This document shows, piece by piece, positions 27,977 through 37,464 of a stretch of 55,630 bases of DNA (position 1 is the first letter of the stretch; each line of letters opens with the position of its first letter). The stretch is from NCBI GenBank assembly GCA_003660555.1, contig QMUK01000001.1, positions 1 through 55,630 on the forward strand. Reading direction: 5' to 3'. The notes under the pieces were generated by a model. The model was not told the DNA's origin. It saw only the letters and a list, made by a program, of their open reading frames with translations, and ran no database searches. Made by a program: the position numbers and the translations under genes. The DNA is from Thermococci archaeon (GTDB taxonomy: Archaea; Hadarchaeota; B88-G9).

Positions 27977-29104
27977 ATGAACCCAGGAATGCACTTCCTC
28001 TCCGGAAACATAGCTTGTGCAGAAGGAGCAATAGCAGTAGGATGTAGATTCTTCGCTGGTTACCCAATAACTCCCTCTACTGAAATAGCTGAGCACATGG
28101 CCTACAGGTTGCCCCAAGTAAAGGGGATATACGTGCAGATGGAAGACGAGCTAGCATCAATGGCGGCAATAATAGGAGCTTCTTGGGGCGGAATGAAGGC
28201 CATGACTGCCACTTCTGGTCCTGGATTTAGTTTAATGCAGGAAAACATAGGTCTAGCGGTGATGACTGAAACCCCTTGCGTTGTAGTCAACGTCCAGAGA
28301 GGCGCCCCCTCCACGGGACTGCCTACCTTGGTGGGACAAGGGGACGTGATGCAAGCTAGATGGGGATCCCACGGCTCATATGAGATAATAGCACTTTGCC
28401 CGAATTCACCACAAGAGTGTTTTGATCTCACGGTTAGGGCTTTCAATCTCTCTGAGAAGTATAGAGTCCCTGTAATTCTCTTGATGGACGAGTGTGTAGG
28501 ACACATGTACGAGAGAGTATTCATACCAGAGGAAGTCGAGATAGTGAATAGGAAGAAGCCTCTGGAGGACAAACGCGATTACCTACCCTTTCTACCGAAG
28601 GAAGACCTAGTGCCCGAGATGGCCCTTGCCGGAGAGGGCTTTAGAATACACGTCACTGGCTTAACTCATGATGAGAGAGGATATCCTGCTACTAATCCAG
28701 AGGCACACGAGAAGTTAGTCAGAAGACTCTGTGAGAAAATTCGAGTCAATAAGAAGAAGATAGTGGACTACGAGGGAGTACTCCTAGATGACTCAGACGT
28801 GTTAATAGTGGCCTACGGAGCACCATCTAGGACGTCCATGAGAGCTCTGAGAGAGGCAAGAAAGAGGGGTATTAGGGTAGGCCTCTTTAGATTAAAGACC
28901 ATTTGGCCATTTCCAGAGGAAGAACTTAGAAAAGCATCCTCTAATGTGGAGCACATAGTAGTTCCTGAGATAAATTACGGCCAATTAGTTCTAGAAGTGG
29001 AGAGAGTTTGTAAAGGGGGAGAAGTTCACTTAATTCCAAAAATGGGTGGTAGGGTTCATTCACCAAGGGAAATCTTAGAATATCTAATTAATCTCAACAG
29101 GTAA
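27977..29104 (+). CDS. korA: 2-oxoacid:ferredoxin oxidoreductase, alpha subunit
   Basis: FLSGNIACAEGAIAVGCRFFAGYPITPSTEI. ATG at 27977 after GAGGAGG. The delta-alpha-beta-gamma gene order matches archaeal 2-oxoglutarate-type enzymes. Substrate cannot be determined from sequence alone. Confidence 0.9.
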   Translation: MNPGMHFLSGNIACAEGAIAVGCRFFAGYPITPSTEIAEHMAYRLPQVKGIYVQMEDELASMAAIIGASWGGMKAMTATSGPGFSLMQENIGLAVMTETPCVVVNVQRGAPSTGLPTLVGQGDVMQARWGSHGSYEIIALCPNSPQECFDLTVRAFNLSEKYRVPVILLMDECVGHMYERVFIPEEVEIVNRKKPLEDKRDYLPFLPKEDLVPEMALAGEGFRIHVTGLTHDERGYPATNPEAHEKLVRRLCEKIRVNKKKIVDYEGVLLDDSDVLIVAYGAPSRTSMRALREARKRGIRVGLFRLKTIWPFPEEELRKASSNVEHIVVPEINYGQLVLEVERVCKGGEVHLIPKMGGRVHSPREILEYLINLNR

Positions 29105-29125
29105 CGATTAATTGAGGGGATAAGC

Positions 29126-29965
29126 ATGATGCAAGCTCAAGAACATCCTTTAGAGAAATACCTCAGAGTTGACAGACTACCGCACGTTTGGTGTCCTGGA
29201 TGTGGTATAGGGACAGTCCTTGGAAGCTATGTGAGGGCAATTGATAGACTAGGTTTAGATCTGGACAAGATGGCAATGGTCTCTGGAATAGGGTGTGCAG
29301 GGAGAGCAGCAGGATACGTGAACATGGATTCCTTCCATACGACTCATGGTAGGGCTATACCATTTGCAGTCGGACTCAAGCTCGCTAAGCCAGAGCTAAT
29401 AGTAACTGTCTTCAGCGGAGACGGAGATCTATTTGCTATAGGAGGCAATCACTTCATACATGCAGCTAGAAGAAACTGCGACCTCAAAGTAATATGTGTG
29501 AATAACTTCAACTACGGGATGACTGGTGGCCAATTGGGCCCGACTACTCCTCTTGGAGCCAAGACTACTACTTCTCCATATGGAAACTTGGAGTTACCAC
29601 TCAACCTACCATATTTCGCTGCTTCCTGTGGCTCCTCTTATGTAGCTAGGTGGACTTCTCTGCACGCTAGGAACATGATCGAGTGCTTCGAGGAGATATT
29701 AGAGAAAAAGGGCTTTTGCTTCGTTGAAATACTATCGCCTTGTCCAACGGTATATGGGAGAAGAAACGAGATGCCAGAGGGATTAGACATGATGAAACTC
29801 TTCAAAGAGAGATGTGAAATAAGGAACTTTGAAGACACTTCCAGAGTTGGCCTTAATCAGGAAAAAATAATAATAGGAAAGTTCGTAGACGAAGAGGAAA
29901 AAGAGACGTTTGAAGACAGAGTATATTCTCTCATGGAGGAAGTGAAATGGGGAGGTTCGAGATAG
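29126..29965 (+). CDS. korB: 2-oxoacid:ferredoxin oxidoreductase, beta (TPP-binding) subunit
   Basis: WCPGCGIG, SGIGCAGR, and GDGDLFAIGGNHFIHAARRN (TPP/Mg motif). Confidence 0.9.
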   Translation: MMQAQEHPLEKYLRVDRLPHVWCPGCGIGTVLGSYVRAIDRLGLDLDKMAMVSGIGCAGRAAGYVNMDSFHTTHGRAIPFAVGLKLAKPELIVTVFSGDGDLFAIGGNHFIHAARRNCDLKVICVNNFNYGMTGGQLGPTTPLGAKTTTSPYGNLELPLNLPYFAASCGSSYVARWTSLHARNMIECFEEILEKKGFCFVEILSPCPTVYGRRNEMPEGLDMMKLFKERCEIRNFEDTSRVGLNQEKIIIGKFVDEEEKETFEDRVYSLMEEVKWGGSR

Positions 29966-30495
29966 TGTTCTCGGGATTCGGAGGACAAGGAATAGTTCTA
30001 GCTGGATTGATAATCGGAAAGGCTGCAGCAATATTCGATGGAAAGGAAGCAGTTTTTACACAAAGCTATGGACCAGAGGCAAGAGGAGGTGCCTCTTCCT
30101 CATCAGTAGTTGTTGATGAAGAGAGAGTGGACTACCCCTACGCGGAGAACCCAGACTTGCTAGTAGTCATGTCCCAAGAAGCCTATAACAAGAGGATAGG
30201 AATGCTCAAGCCTGGAGGAACCCTAGTCTACGACTCAGATCTAGTGAAAATAGACGAGAGAGCTAGAAAAGCCTCCGAGATATACGGGATCCCAGCTACT
30301 AGAATAGCGGAAGAGAAGCTAGGCAAGAGAATAGTGGCGAACATAGTTATCTTAGGATTCTTAGCCAGAATCTGTAAAGTAATAAGCAAGGAATCTCTTA
30401 AAAAAGCAGTTTTAGACACAGTACCAAGAAAATTCAGAGAAGTAAATGAAAAAGCATTCGAATTGGGTTATTCTTACCTTGATTGGAGGGAATGA
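29947..30495 (+). CDS. korG: 2-oxoacid:ferredoxin oxidoreductase, gamma subunit
   Basis: FSGFGGQGIVLAGLIIGKAA...SYGPEARGG. 19-nt overlap with korB. Confidence 0.9.
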   Translation: MGRFEIVFSGFGGQGIVLAGLIIGKAAAIFDGKEAVFTQSYGPEARGGASSSSVVVDEERVDYPYAENPDLLVVMSQEAYNKRIGMLKPGGTLVYDSDLVKIDERARKASEIYGIPATRIAEEKLGKRIVANIVILGFLARICKVISKESLKKAVLDTVPRKFREVNEKAFELGYSYLDWRE

Positions 30496-30496
30496 C

Positions 30497-32467
30497 TTGA
30501 GAATAGGAGTCTTCGTTTGCCATTGCGGAAGAAACATATCCTCCACAGTAGACGTATCTAGAGTTGTCCGAGAGGTTTCAGAGAGGAGCAGGAAGGTAGT
30601 CTTCTCAACGGATTATAAATACTTGTGCTCTGACCCAGGACAAAAGCTAATAGAAGAAAAAATTAAAGAAGAAAACCTAGATGCTGTAGTAATAGCTGCT
30701 TGTTCCCCCTCTATGCACGAAGAGACTTTCAGGAGAGTGCTAAAGAGAGCTGGAATAAACGAGTACTTGTTGGAAATAGCTAATATAAGGGAGCAATGCA
30801 GCTGGGTACACGAAGACGGTACTGAAAAAGCAATAGCTCTAACATTGGCTGCAGTGGAGAAGGTATCTAGAAATGAGAAGTTAAAACCAATTAAAATAGG
30901 AGTTAAAAGAAAGTGTCTAGTTATAGGCGGAGGAATAGCTGGAATAACTGCTTCCCTGGACTTAGCTAATTCAGGATTTGAAGTAATCTTAGTTGAGAAA
31001 TCCCCAACAATAGGTGGAAAAATGGCCCAATTGTCCGAGACTTTTCCAACATTAGATTGTTCCCAATGCATTTTAACACCGTTAATGGTATCTCTATCAA
31101 GAAATGATAGGATAAAGCTTTATACAATGAGTGAAGTAGTAGAAATTGATGGATACGTGGGGAACTTTAGGGTCAAGATAAAGAAGAAGCCTAGATATGT
31201 AATAGAGGAAAAATGCACAGTATGCGGCGAATGCGAGAAAGTATGCCCAGTAATAGTCCCAAATGAGTTCGATAGAGGCCTTTCCTATAGAAAAGCAATA
31301 TACATACCATTTCCACAGGCTGTACCCTCTTCCTATGTTATAGATCCAAACAGTTGTCTCGGATTGAATCCCGTGGTCTGTGGGAAATGTAAAGAGGTTT
31401 GCGAAGCAGACGCAATAGACTATCACATGAGAGAGGAGACGATAGAAGAGGAAGTAGGTGCGATAATCGTTGCTACAGGTTATGAGCTCTTTCCTAAGGA
31501 TAGAATAGGAGAATACGGATATGGAACATATGAAGACGTAATAGATGCGCTGGAATTCGAGAGAATACTTTCCTCTACTGGACCAACAGGAGGTACTGTG
31601 AAGAGGCCCAGCGATGGGAGAACACCAAAGAGAGTCGTTTTCATACAGTGTGCAGGCTCCAGGGACGAGAATTATCTGGAGTATTGCTCTAAGATCTGCT
31701 GCATGTACACAGCTAAGCAGGCGATGTTATACAAACACCTAGTTCCAGAGGGAGAGGCATATGTGTTCTACATAGACGTGAGGACAGCGGGAAAAGGATA
31801 CGAAGAGTTCTTTAGGAGGGTTCAGGAAGAGGAGGGAGTCATCTACATAAGGGGGAAGGTATCCAGAGTCTACCGAGAAGGAGAGAATCTAATTGTAGAA
31901 GGAGTAGACACGCTCACAGGTAAGAAGCTCACCATAGAGGCGGATCTGGTAGTTCTCTCCACAGGAGTAGTTCCTCCGGAAGGAACAGAGAACTTAGTCT
32001 CTGTGTTGAAGATACAACAAGACCAGAGTGGTTTCCTCAAAGAAGCTCACCCAAAGCTGAAGCCGACTGAAACCCTTACCAAAGGTATTTTCATTTGCGG
32101 AGCAATTCAAGGACCAAAAGACATAACTGAGACAGTTTCTCAGGCAAAAGGAGCTGCTAGTGCGGTAATGGAGTTGCTATCTATGGGAGAAGTGGAGAGG
32201 GATCCCATAGTAGCTAGGGTGAATGAAGAGTACTGCGTGGCTTGCAAGACTTGCGAATCCCTCTGCCCATTCGGGGCCGTGAAAGTCAGAGATAAAGCGG
32301 AGGTAAATGAGGCTTTATGCGAAGGATGTGGAATATGTGCAGCTTCTTGTCCAACAGGAGCAATAGAAGTGGTTAACAATAAATTTGATCAGTTCGAAGA
32401 GGTCTTAGAGGTGTTAATCAATGGTAGAGAAAAGCTGGAGACCGAGAATAGTGGCCTTCCTTTGTAG
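30497..32467 (+). CDS. hdrA: Heterodisulfide reductase subunit A (FAD/Fe-S, electron-bifurcating type)
   Basis: N-terminal IGVFVCHCGRNIS. FAD fold LVIGGGIAGITASLDLA. Several CxxCxxCxxxCP clusters. A TTG start at 30497, 1 nt after the korG stop and after GGAGGG, is preferred over the ORF-track ATG at 30446. Confidence 0.9.
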   Translation: MRIGVFVCHCGRNISSTVDVSRVVREVSERSRKVVFSTDYKYLCSDPGQKLIEEKIKEENLDAVVIAACSPSMHEETFRRVLKRAGINEYLLEIANIREQCSWVHEDGTEKAIALTLAAVEKVSRNEKLKPIKIGVKRKCLVIGGGIAGITASLDLANSGFEVILVEKSPTIGGKMAQLSETFPTLDCSQCILTPLMVSLSRNDRIKLYTMSEVVEIDGYVGNFRVKIKKKPRYVIEEKCTVCGECEKVCPVIVPNEFDRGLSYRKAIYIPFPQAVPSSYVIDPNSCLGLNPVVCGKCKEVCEADAIDYHMREETIEEEVGAIIVATGYELFPKDRIGEYGYGTYEDVIDALEFERILSSTGPTGGTVKRPSDGRTPKRVVFIQCAGSRDENYLEYCSKICCMYTAKQAMLYKHLVPEGEAYVFYIDVRTAGKGYEEFFRRVQEEEGVIYIRGKVSRVYREGENLIVEGVDTLTGKKLTIEADLVVLSTGVVPPEGTENLVSVLKIQQDQSGFLKEAHPKLKPTETLTKGIFICGAIQGPKDITETVSQAKGAASAVMELLSMGEVERDPIVARVNEEYCVACKTCESLCPFGAVKVRDKAEVNEALCEGCGICAASCPTGAIEVVNNKFDQFEEVLEVLINGREKLETENSGLPL

Positions 32468-32837
32468 GTGGTGTGGGTACGCTGGAGCTGATCTGGCTGG
32501 TGTTTCGAGGATGAAGTACCCAGAGATATATCCAATTAGAGTGAATTGTAGCGGGAGCGTACATCCAGAGCTCATTTTAGATGCTTTCAGGAAGGGAGCC
32601 GATGGAGTCCTAATATGTGGTTGCCATACGCCCAATGACTGCCATTACATCTCCGGAAACTACAAGGCATTGAAGAGGGTGGCCCTAGTAAAGAAGTTGC
32701 TTTCCCAGCTGGGAATAAACCAAGAAAGGGTTAGACTCGAGTGGATATCTGCTGCAGAGGGCAGGAAGTTTTCAAGAGTAGTTAAAGAGTTTTATGAAAA
32801 GATAAGAGAACTAGGACCATTGGAGGTGCGTGTTTGA
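32421..32837 (+). CDS. mvhD: Methyl-viologen-reducing hydrogenase delta subunit (MvhD)
   Basis: IVAFLCRWCGYAGADLAG...CSG...GADGVLICGCH motif set. Overlaps the hdrA 3' end. Confidence 0.85.
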   Translation: MVEKSWRPRIVAFLCRWCGYAGADLAGVSRMKYPEIYPIRVNCSGSVHPELILDAFRKGADGVLICGCHTPNDCHYISGNYKALKRVALVKKLLSQLGINQERVRLEWISAAEGRKFSRVVKEFYEKIRELGPLEVRV

Positions 32838-33766
32838 AGAAGATAGCCATTTTAGGAGGAGCCAGTTGCTCCGGATGCGACGTAGCTTTATTTGACCTTC
32901 CAGGGGATGAATTAGAGAGATTCTTCTCGGAAGTAGAAGTGGTCTTCTGGTCCACGACGATGGATTCTAGGATAGAGGACTTCGAAGCCCAGGGGAAAAT
33001 AGATCTAGTGATGTTTCATGGAGGAATTAGGACGGAGGAGCACAGAAAACTCCTCATCCAAGCTAGAGAGAAGGCTGAAATTTTAGTGGCACTCGGATCC
33101 TGCGCTTCATTCGGAGGAATACCAGGAATAGCGAACCTCTTCGAATTGGACGCGATATTAAAAGACATATATGGCGATGAATTCACTAAATTGAGCGGAG
33201 AGAGAATACCTAAACCCGAGGAAAGACTGAAACCAATTTCTAGCTACGTTGAGGTTGATTACTATCTTCCAGGATGTCCACCACCAGTTGAGACAATATC
33301 CGAGTTTTTGGACCACTTCATACTAGGATCTCTACCTCCTAGGGGAATCTTCGGTAAGGAATCTACGGTATGTGACGAATGTGATAGGATCAAGCCTGAG
33401 GATATATCAATAGAAGAGGTGAAGAGGATAGGATCTAAGGACTGGAGCGAGATAGACCCAAAGGTGTGCTTCCTCGCTCAAGGAGTGGTTTGTCTAGGAG
33501 CTGTAACACGAGGAGGATGTAAGGCAAGATGTATTAACGCTAATTTCCCGTGTAGAGGTTGCATGGGACCTGCTCCAAATATAAGAGACCAAGGAGCTAG
33601 AATATTATCCGAAATAGCCTCATTACTAATGAAAGAATCTGAGAAGAATTTGTCCGATGAGGAAATTTACGAAAGAGTTCAAAAGGAGATAGTAGACCCT
33701 GTAGGCCTATTCTACAGATACACTCTTCCCCACTACTGGGGTGGGAGCAATGAAGAAGATGATTAA
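32834..33766 (+). CDS. mvhG: F420-non-reducing [NiFe] hydrogenase small subunit (MvhG)
   Basis: ILGGASCSGCDVALFDL, LGSCASFGGIPG, C-terminal Cys clusters (CDECD, CLGAVTRGGC, CRGC). Confidence 0.85.
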   Translation: MKKIAILGGASCSGCDVALFDLPGDELERFFSEVEVVFWSTTMDSRIEDFEAQGKIDLVMFHGGIRTEEHRKLLIQAREKAEILVALGSCASFGGIPGIANLFELDAILKDIYGDEFTKLSGERIPKPEERLKPISSYVEVDYYLPGCPPPVETISEFLDHFILGSLPPRGIFGKESTVCDECDRIKPEDISIEEVKRIGSKDWSEIDPKVCFLAQGVVCLGAVTRGGCKARCINANFPCRGCMGPAPNIRDQGARILSEIASLLMKESEKNLSDEEIYERVQKEIVDPVGLFYRYTLPHYWGGSNEEDD

Positions 33767-35162
33767 GATAGATCCCGTGACTAGATTGGAAGGGGAAGCT
33801 AAGATTTCGATATTCATGGATGAAAGCGGAAAGACTGTGGAAGACGTATTGTTCCAAGTGACTGAGTTCAGAGCATTCGAGAAGTTCTGCATCGGAAGAG
33901 ACGTCATGGAAATGCCTAGGATAACCAGCGCGATATGTGGTTTCTGTTCCTGGGCTCATCACTTGGCATCTGTTAAGGCTGTGGACAATCTTCTGGGAAA
34001 AAACGTTCCGGAACCAGCCGAAAAGCTCAGAGAACTTGGATATTGTGCTCACATACTTCATAGTCATCTGGCTCATATGTATCTCTTGGCATTACCTGAT
34101 TTCCTCCAACTGAAGGAGAAAAACGTCTTTCACTTAATGAAGGAGAATCCCTCCCTAGTGAGAGATATACTAGAGAAAAGGAGATACTCTTACTTCATAC
34201 AGGAGATGGTTGGTGGAAAAGCGATACATCCAGTTTTCGCTATACCGGGAGGAGTAAGTAAATCCATTAGTGAAAAGGAAAGGGTTAAAATAGAGGAGAT
34301 GTCCAGAGAGTTAGTTGACTTCTCCAAGAAGTCAATAGAAGTGTTTATGGAAGCAACCCTCAAATTCAGGGAGAATGACCCATACTACCACGAGACGCAT
34401 TACATGTCATTGGTGAAGAACGGAAAGCTGAACTTCTACTCTGGGAAAATAAGGGTAGTGAATACTGAAGGTAAGAAAATACATGAGTTCTCACCCGAGG
34501 AATACTCGGATTACATAGGAGAGGTAGTCAAGGATTGGAGCTACACCAAGTTTCCCTACCTAAGGGAAATGGGATGGAAAGGGCTAACATGGGGAAAGGA
34601 GAGTGGAATATTTAGGGTAGGTCCCCTAGCTAGAATGAACGTTTGCGAGAGAATGGAAACTGAAGGTGCACAGTGGGAATACGAGAGATTCATTGAAGAA
34701 ATGGGAAAGCCATGCCATAACACCATGGCATTTCATTGGGCCAGAGCCATAGAGATACTCTATGCCAGTGAAAAAATGCTAGAACTATCTAGGGAGGAAG
34801 ACATAGTAGATTCTAAGGAGATATTCGATCCAGACGGAGAGTTGAGAGGTAGAGGAGTAGGAGCACTAGAGGCTCCGAGGGGTACGCTATATCACGACTA
34901 TGAAGTAGATGAGGAAGGGAGAGTGACTTTCGTGAACCTAATCGTTCCCACGACAGAGAATAATCCAAGCATATGTATAAGTGTCAAAAAAGGGGCAGAA
35001 GAACTCTTGTCTAATGGAAAAAGAATAGACAGGAACATATTAAACAAGATAGAGGTGGCTTTCAGAGCATATGATCCTTGCTTGGCGTGTTCGACTCATA
35101 ACCTGGATCAGTCCATTAGAGTTGAGATATTCCATGGTAGCGAACTCGTCAAGACACTATGA
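33750..35162 (+). CDS. mvhA: F420-non-reducing [NiFe] hydrogenase large subunit (MvhA)
   Basis: L1 motif RLEGEAKI. RITSAICGFCSWAHH (RxCGxCxxxH). C-terminal DPCLACSTH followed by a roughly 20-aa cleavable extension. Confidence 0.9.
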   Translation: MKKMIKIDPVTRLEGEAKISIFMDESGKTVEDVLFQVTEFRAFEKFCIGRDVMEMPRITSAICGFCSWAHHLASVKAVDNLLGKNVPEPAEKLRELGYCAHILHSHLAHMYLLALPDFLQLKEKNVFHLMKENPSLVRDILEKRRYSYFIQEMVGGKAIHPVFAIPGGVSKSISEKERVKIEEMSRELVDFSKKSIEVFMEATLKFRENDPYYHETHYMSLVKNGKLNFYSGKIRVVNTEGKKIHEFSPEEYSDYIGEVVKDWSYTKFPYLREMGWKGLTWGKESGIFRVGPLARMNVCERMETEGAQWEYERFIEEMGKPCHNTMAFHWARAIEILYASEKMLELSREEDIVDSKEIFDPDGELRGRGVGALEAPRGTLYHDYEVDEEGRVTFVNLIVPTTENNPSICISVKKGAEELLSNGKRIDRNILNKIEVAFRAYDPCLACSTHNLDQSIRVEIFHGSELVKTL

Positions 35163-35171
35163 GGTGATTAG

Positions 35172-35663
35172 GTGTTACTCATAGTAGGGTTGGGCAATGA
35201 ATTAGCTGGAGAAGACGCGTGCGGGATCCTAATAGCAAAGGAAATAATCAAGGAGGTAAAAAAAGAGGATTGGTTAAGAGATAAGCTTGAGAGCGGGGAG
35301 TTAACGATAAAATACGGAATAAACAACTACTTCTCTCTAATAGAGGAGTCCATAGGATTCGATGAGGTAATAGTATTGGATTCCATAAGCTCAGAGGATT
35401 TGGATGAAGGGGAAGTAGTCGAGATATCTTTGGGAGACAACATACATCAAGTCATACCACCCCATCCGGTCTCCCTGCTCCAAGGAATAGAGTTGATGAA
35501 GTCTCTTGGAATCTTCCCAGAGGAATTCAGGATAATATGTGTTAACGTCAGGAGGAAAAGCTTCGGGGGAAGAATTTCCGAGGAGGTAATCCGAGGTATG
35601 GAGATAGTCAAGGAGATAGTGATGGAGGAGATAGCTTATGAATTCGGTGAAGGAAATAGCTAA
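35172..35663 (+). CDS. [NiFe]-hydrogenase maturation endopeptidase
   Basis: N-terminal LIVGLGNELAGEDACG. Position directly after the large-subunit gene. Confidence 0.8.
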   Translation: MLLIVGLGNELAGEDACGILIAKEIIKEVKKEDWLRDKLESGELTIKYGINNYFSLIEESIGFDEVIVLDSISSEDLDEGEVVEISLGDNIHQVIPPHPVSLLQGIELMKSLGIFPEEFRIICVNVRRKSFGGRISEEVIRGMEIVKEIVMEEIAYEFGEGNS

Positions 35664-36021
35664 GGAAGTGAAGTTGATAAGCGGACAAAATGTCTTTGCG
35701 TGCTATCAATGTGGTAGATGCTCCTCTGCTTGTCCGATGACAGAGGAAATGGATCTCCTCCCAAATCAGATAATCAGACTAGTTCAAATGTCAGACGATG
35801 CTGTGCTTTCCTCAGTGACCCCATGGATATGCGCTTCCTGCTTAGATTGTACTATAAGGTGTCCTAGAGGAATAGACGTCGCTAAAGTAATGGAAGCCAT
35901 TAGGCAACTCTCTATAAGGAGAGGCATCGAGAAGAGAGAGGAATTAGTAAGAAATTTCAAAGAAATGGATGAATTGCCACAGATATTGCTAGTGAGTGCG
36001 TTCAGAAAGTACACGGGGTGA
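35638..36021 (+). CDS. hdrC: Heterodisulfide reductase subunit C-like (2x[4Fe-4S])
   Basis: CYQCGRCSSACP and CASCLDCTIRCPRGIDV. Confidence 0.8.
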   Translation: MNSVKEIAKEVKLISGQNVFACYQCGRCSSACPMTEEMDLLPNQIIRLVQMSDDAVLSSVTPWICASCLDCTIRCPRGIDVAKVMEAIRQLSIRRGIEKREELVRNFKEMDELPQILLVSAFRKYTG

Positions 36022-36800
36022 TACTTTTGGGTAAATACAGATACATGTATTACCCTGGGTGCACTCTCAAAGGATGGGCTAAAGACCTAGAAACATCAAC
36101 TCTTAAAGTCTGTGAGATACTCGGCATTGATCTAATTGAGCTGGATAGATGGTATTGTTGTGGAGGGGTATTCGAGTTATCAGACAATCTAATGAGACAC
36201 TTAGGTGCAGTTAGAAGTCTAATAAAAGCAGAAGAGAAGTCAAAGGAGATAGGAACAGGGGATTTGGTTACCATCTGCTCCATGTGTTATAACGTCTTGG
36301 GTAGAATCAGTTTTCAGCTGAAGAAAGAAGACATCGAGAAGATAAATTTCTTCATGGATGACGAGAAAGACTATTCTGGTAAAATAAGAGTTAAGCACTT
36401 CTTGGAAGTGCTAAAAGAGTACGGATTCAATAAAATAAGGAATTACGTAGACGAACAAATGGGAATTAAAGTCGCACCATACTACGGTTGTACACTCCTC
36501 AGACCGGAGGAGATAGGTATAGATGACAGTCAGAAACCGAGGATCATGGAGGAGTTATTAGAAGCAATTGGTATGGATCCAGTAAGCTTCCCAATGCAGA
36601 CAGTTTGCTGTGGATCATATAACTCAGCTAGAGGGATTAAGGCCGTAGAAACTTTGAGAAAGAAGATATTAGAGTCAGCTAAAAGAGAAGGAGCAGAATT
36701 AATAGTTACCTCTTGCCCCCTATGTAAATACAATCTGAAAGAAGCTATGTATTTCACCGAGTTGATGGAAATGGCCCTCGGAGGTGCCCGTCATGGGTAA
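36018..36800 (+). CDS. hdrB: Heterodisulfide reductase subunit B-like (two CCG domains)
   Basis: YYPGCTL...WYCCGG and YYGCTLLRP...VCCGS...SCPLC. Exact start uncertain (36018, 36027 or 36045). Confidence 0.85.
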   Translation: MILLGKYRYMYYPGCTLKGWAKDLETSTLKVCEILGIDLIELDRWYCCGGVFELSDNLMRHLGAVRSLIKAEEKSKEIGTGDLVTICSMCYNVLGRISFQLKKEDIEKINFFMDDEKDYSGKIRVKHFLEVLKEYGFNKIRNYVDEQMGIKVAPYYGCTLLRPEEIGIDDSQKPRIMEELLEAIGMDPVSFPMQTVCCGSYNSARGIKAVETLRKKILESAKREGAELIVTSCPLCKYNLKEAMYFTELMEMALGGARHG

Positions 36801-37458
36801 GACCGTTAGAATATACGTCATGGGGAGGGAGTACGAAGTCCCAGAGGGTCTGACGATAATGAAAGCCTTGGAATACGTTGGTTATAGATATATTAGAGGA
36901 GCAGGATGCAGAGCGGGATTTTGTGGAGCATGCACAACAGTTTACAGGAAAAACGGAGACTATAAACTATATTCCGGGTTAGCATGTCAAACCACAGTGG
37001 AAGACGGAATGTATCTAGTACAAATACCGTTTGTTCCAGCAGAGAAACCTAAATATGAAGTTTCTGAAATAAAGGACGTCGAGGACATACTTAGAGTATA
37101 TCCGGAGATAGCTAGATGCCTCTCTTGTAATACCTGTACCAAGTCTTGTCCTCAAGGGTTAGAGACCATGGACGTAATACAGTCTATTTTGAGAGGGGAC
37201 ATAAAGAGAGCAGCAGAATTGAGTTTCGACTGCATACAATGTGGAATCTGTTCTATGAGATGTCCTGCAGAGATAACTCACTATCACGTAGCTCAATTGG
37301 TCAGGAGAGTCTACGGAAAGCATTACTTGAAGAAATCCAAGGAGCTCGAGAGGAGAATAAAAGAAATAGAGGAGGGAAAATACCAAGAGGAGATAGAGAG
37401 GTTGATGAAGCTACCTAGAGAGGAACTAGAGAGACTCTACAAGGAGATTAGGAGGTAG
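36793..37458 (+). CDS. SdhB/FrdB-like iron-sulfur protein (plant-type 2Fe-2S plus two 4Fe-4S motifs)
   Basis: CRAGFCGAC...LAC (2Fe-2S), CLSCNTCTKSCP, CIQCGICSMRCP. ATG at 36793 preceded by GGAGGTG. Confidence 0.7.
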   Translation: MGKTVRIYVMGREYEVPEGLTIMKALEYVGYRYIRGAGCRAGFCGACTTVYRKNGDYKLYSGLACQTTVEDGMYLVQIPFVPAEKPKYEVSEIKDVEDILRVYPEIARCLSCNTCTKSCPQGLETMDVIQSILRGDIKRAAELSFDCIQCGICSMRCPAEITHYHVAQLVRRVYGKHYLKKSKELERRIKEIEEGKYQEEIERLMKLPREELERLYKEIRR

Positions 37459-37464
37459 TTGTAG

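Noticed and set aside
37146-37418. 90-aa alternative-frame ORF inside the SdhB-like gene. The 67-aa ORF at 12292..12495 inside the 12233 gene is similar.
   Set aside because: They are same-strand overlapping frames with no independent signals. The main frames carry the recognisable motifs.
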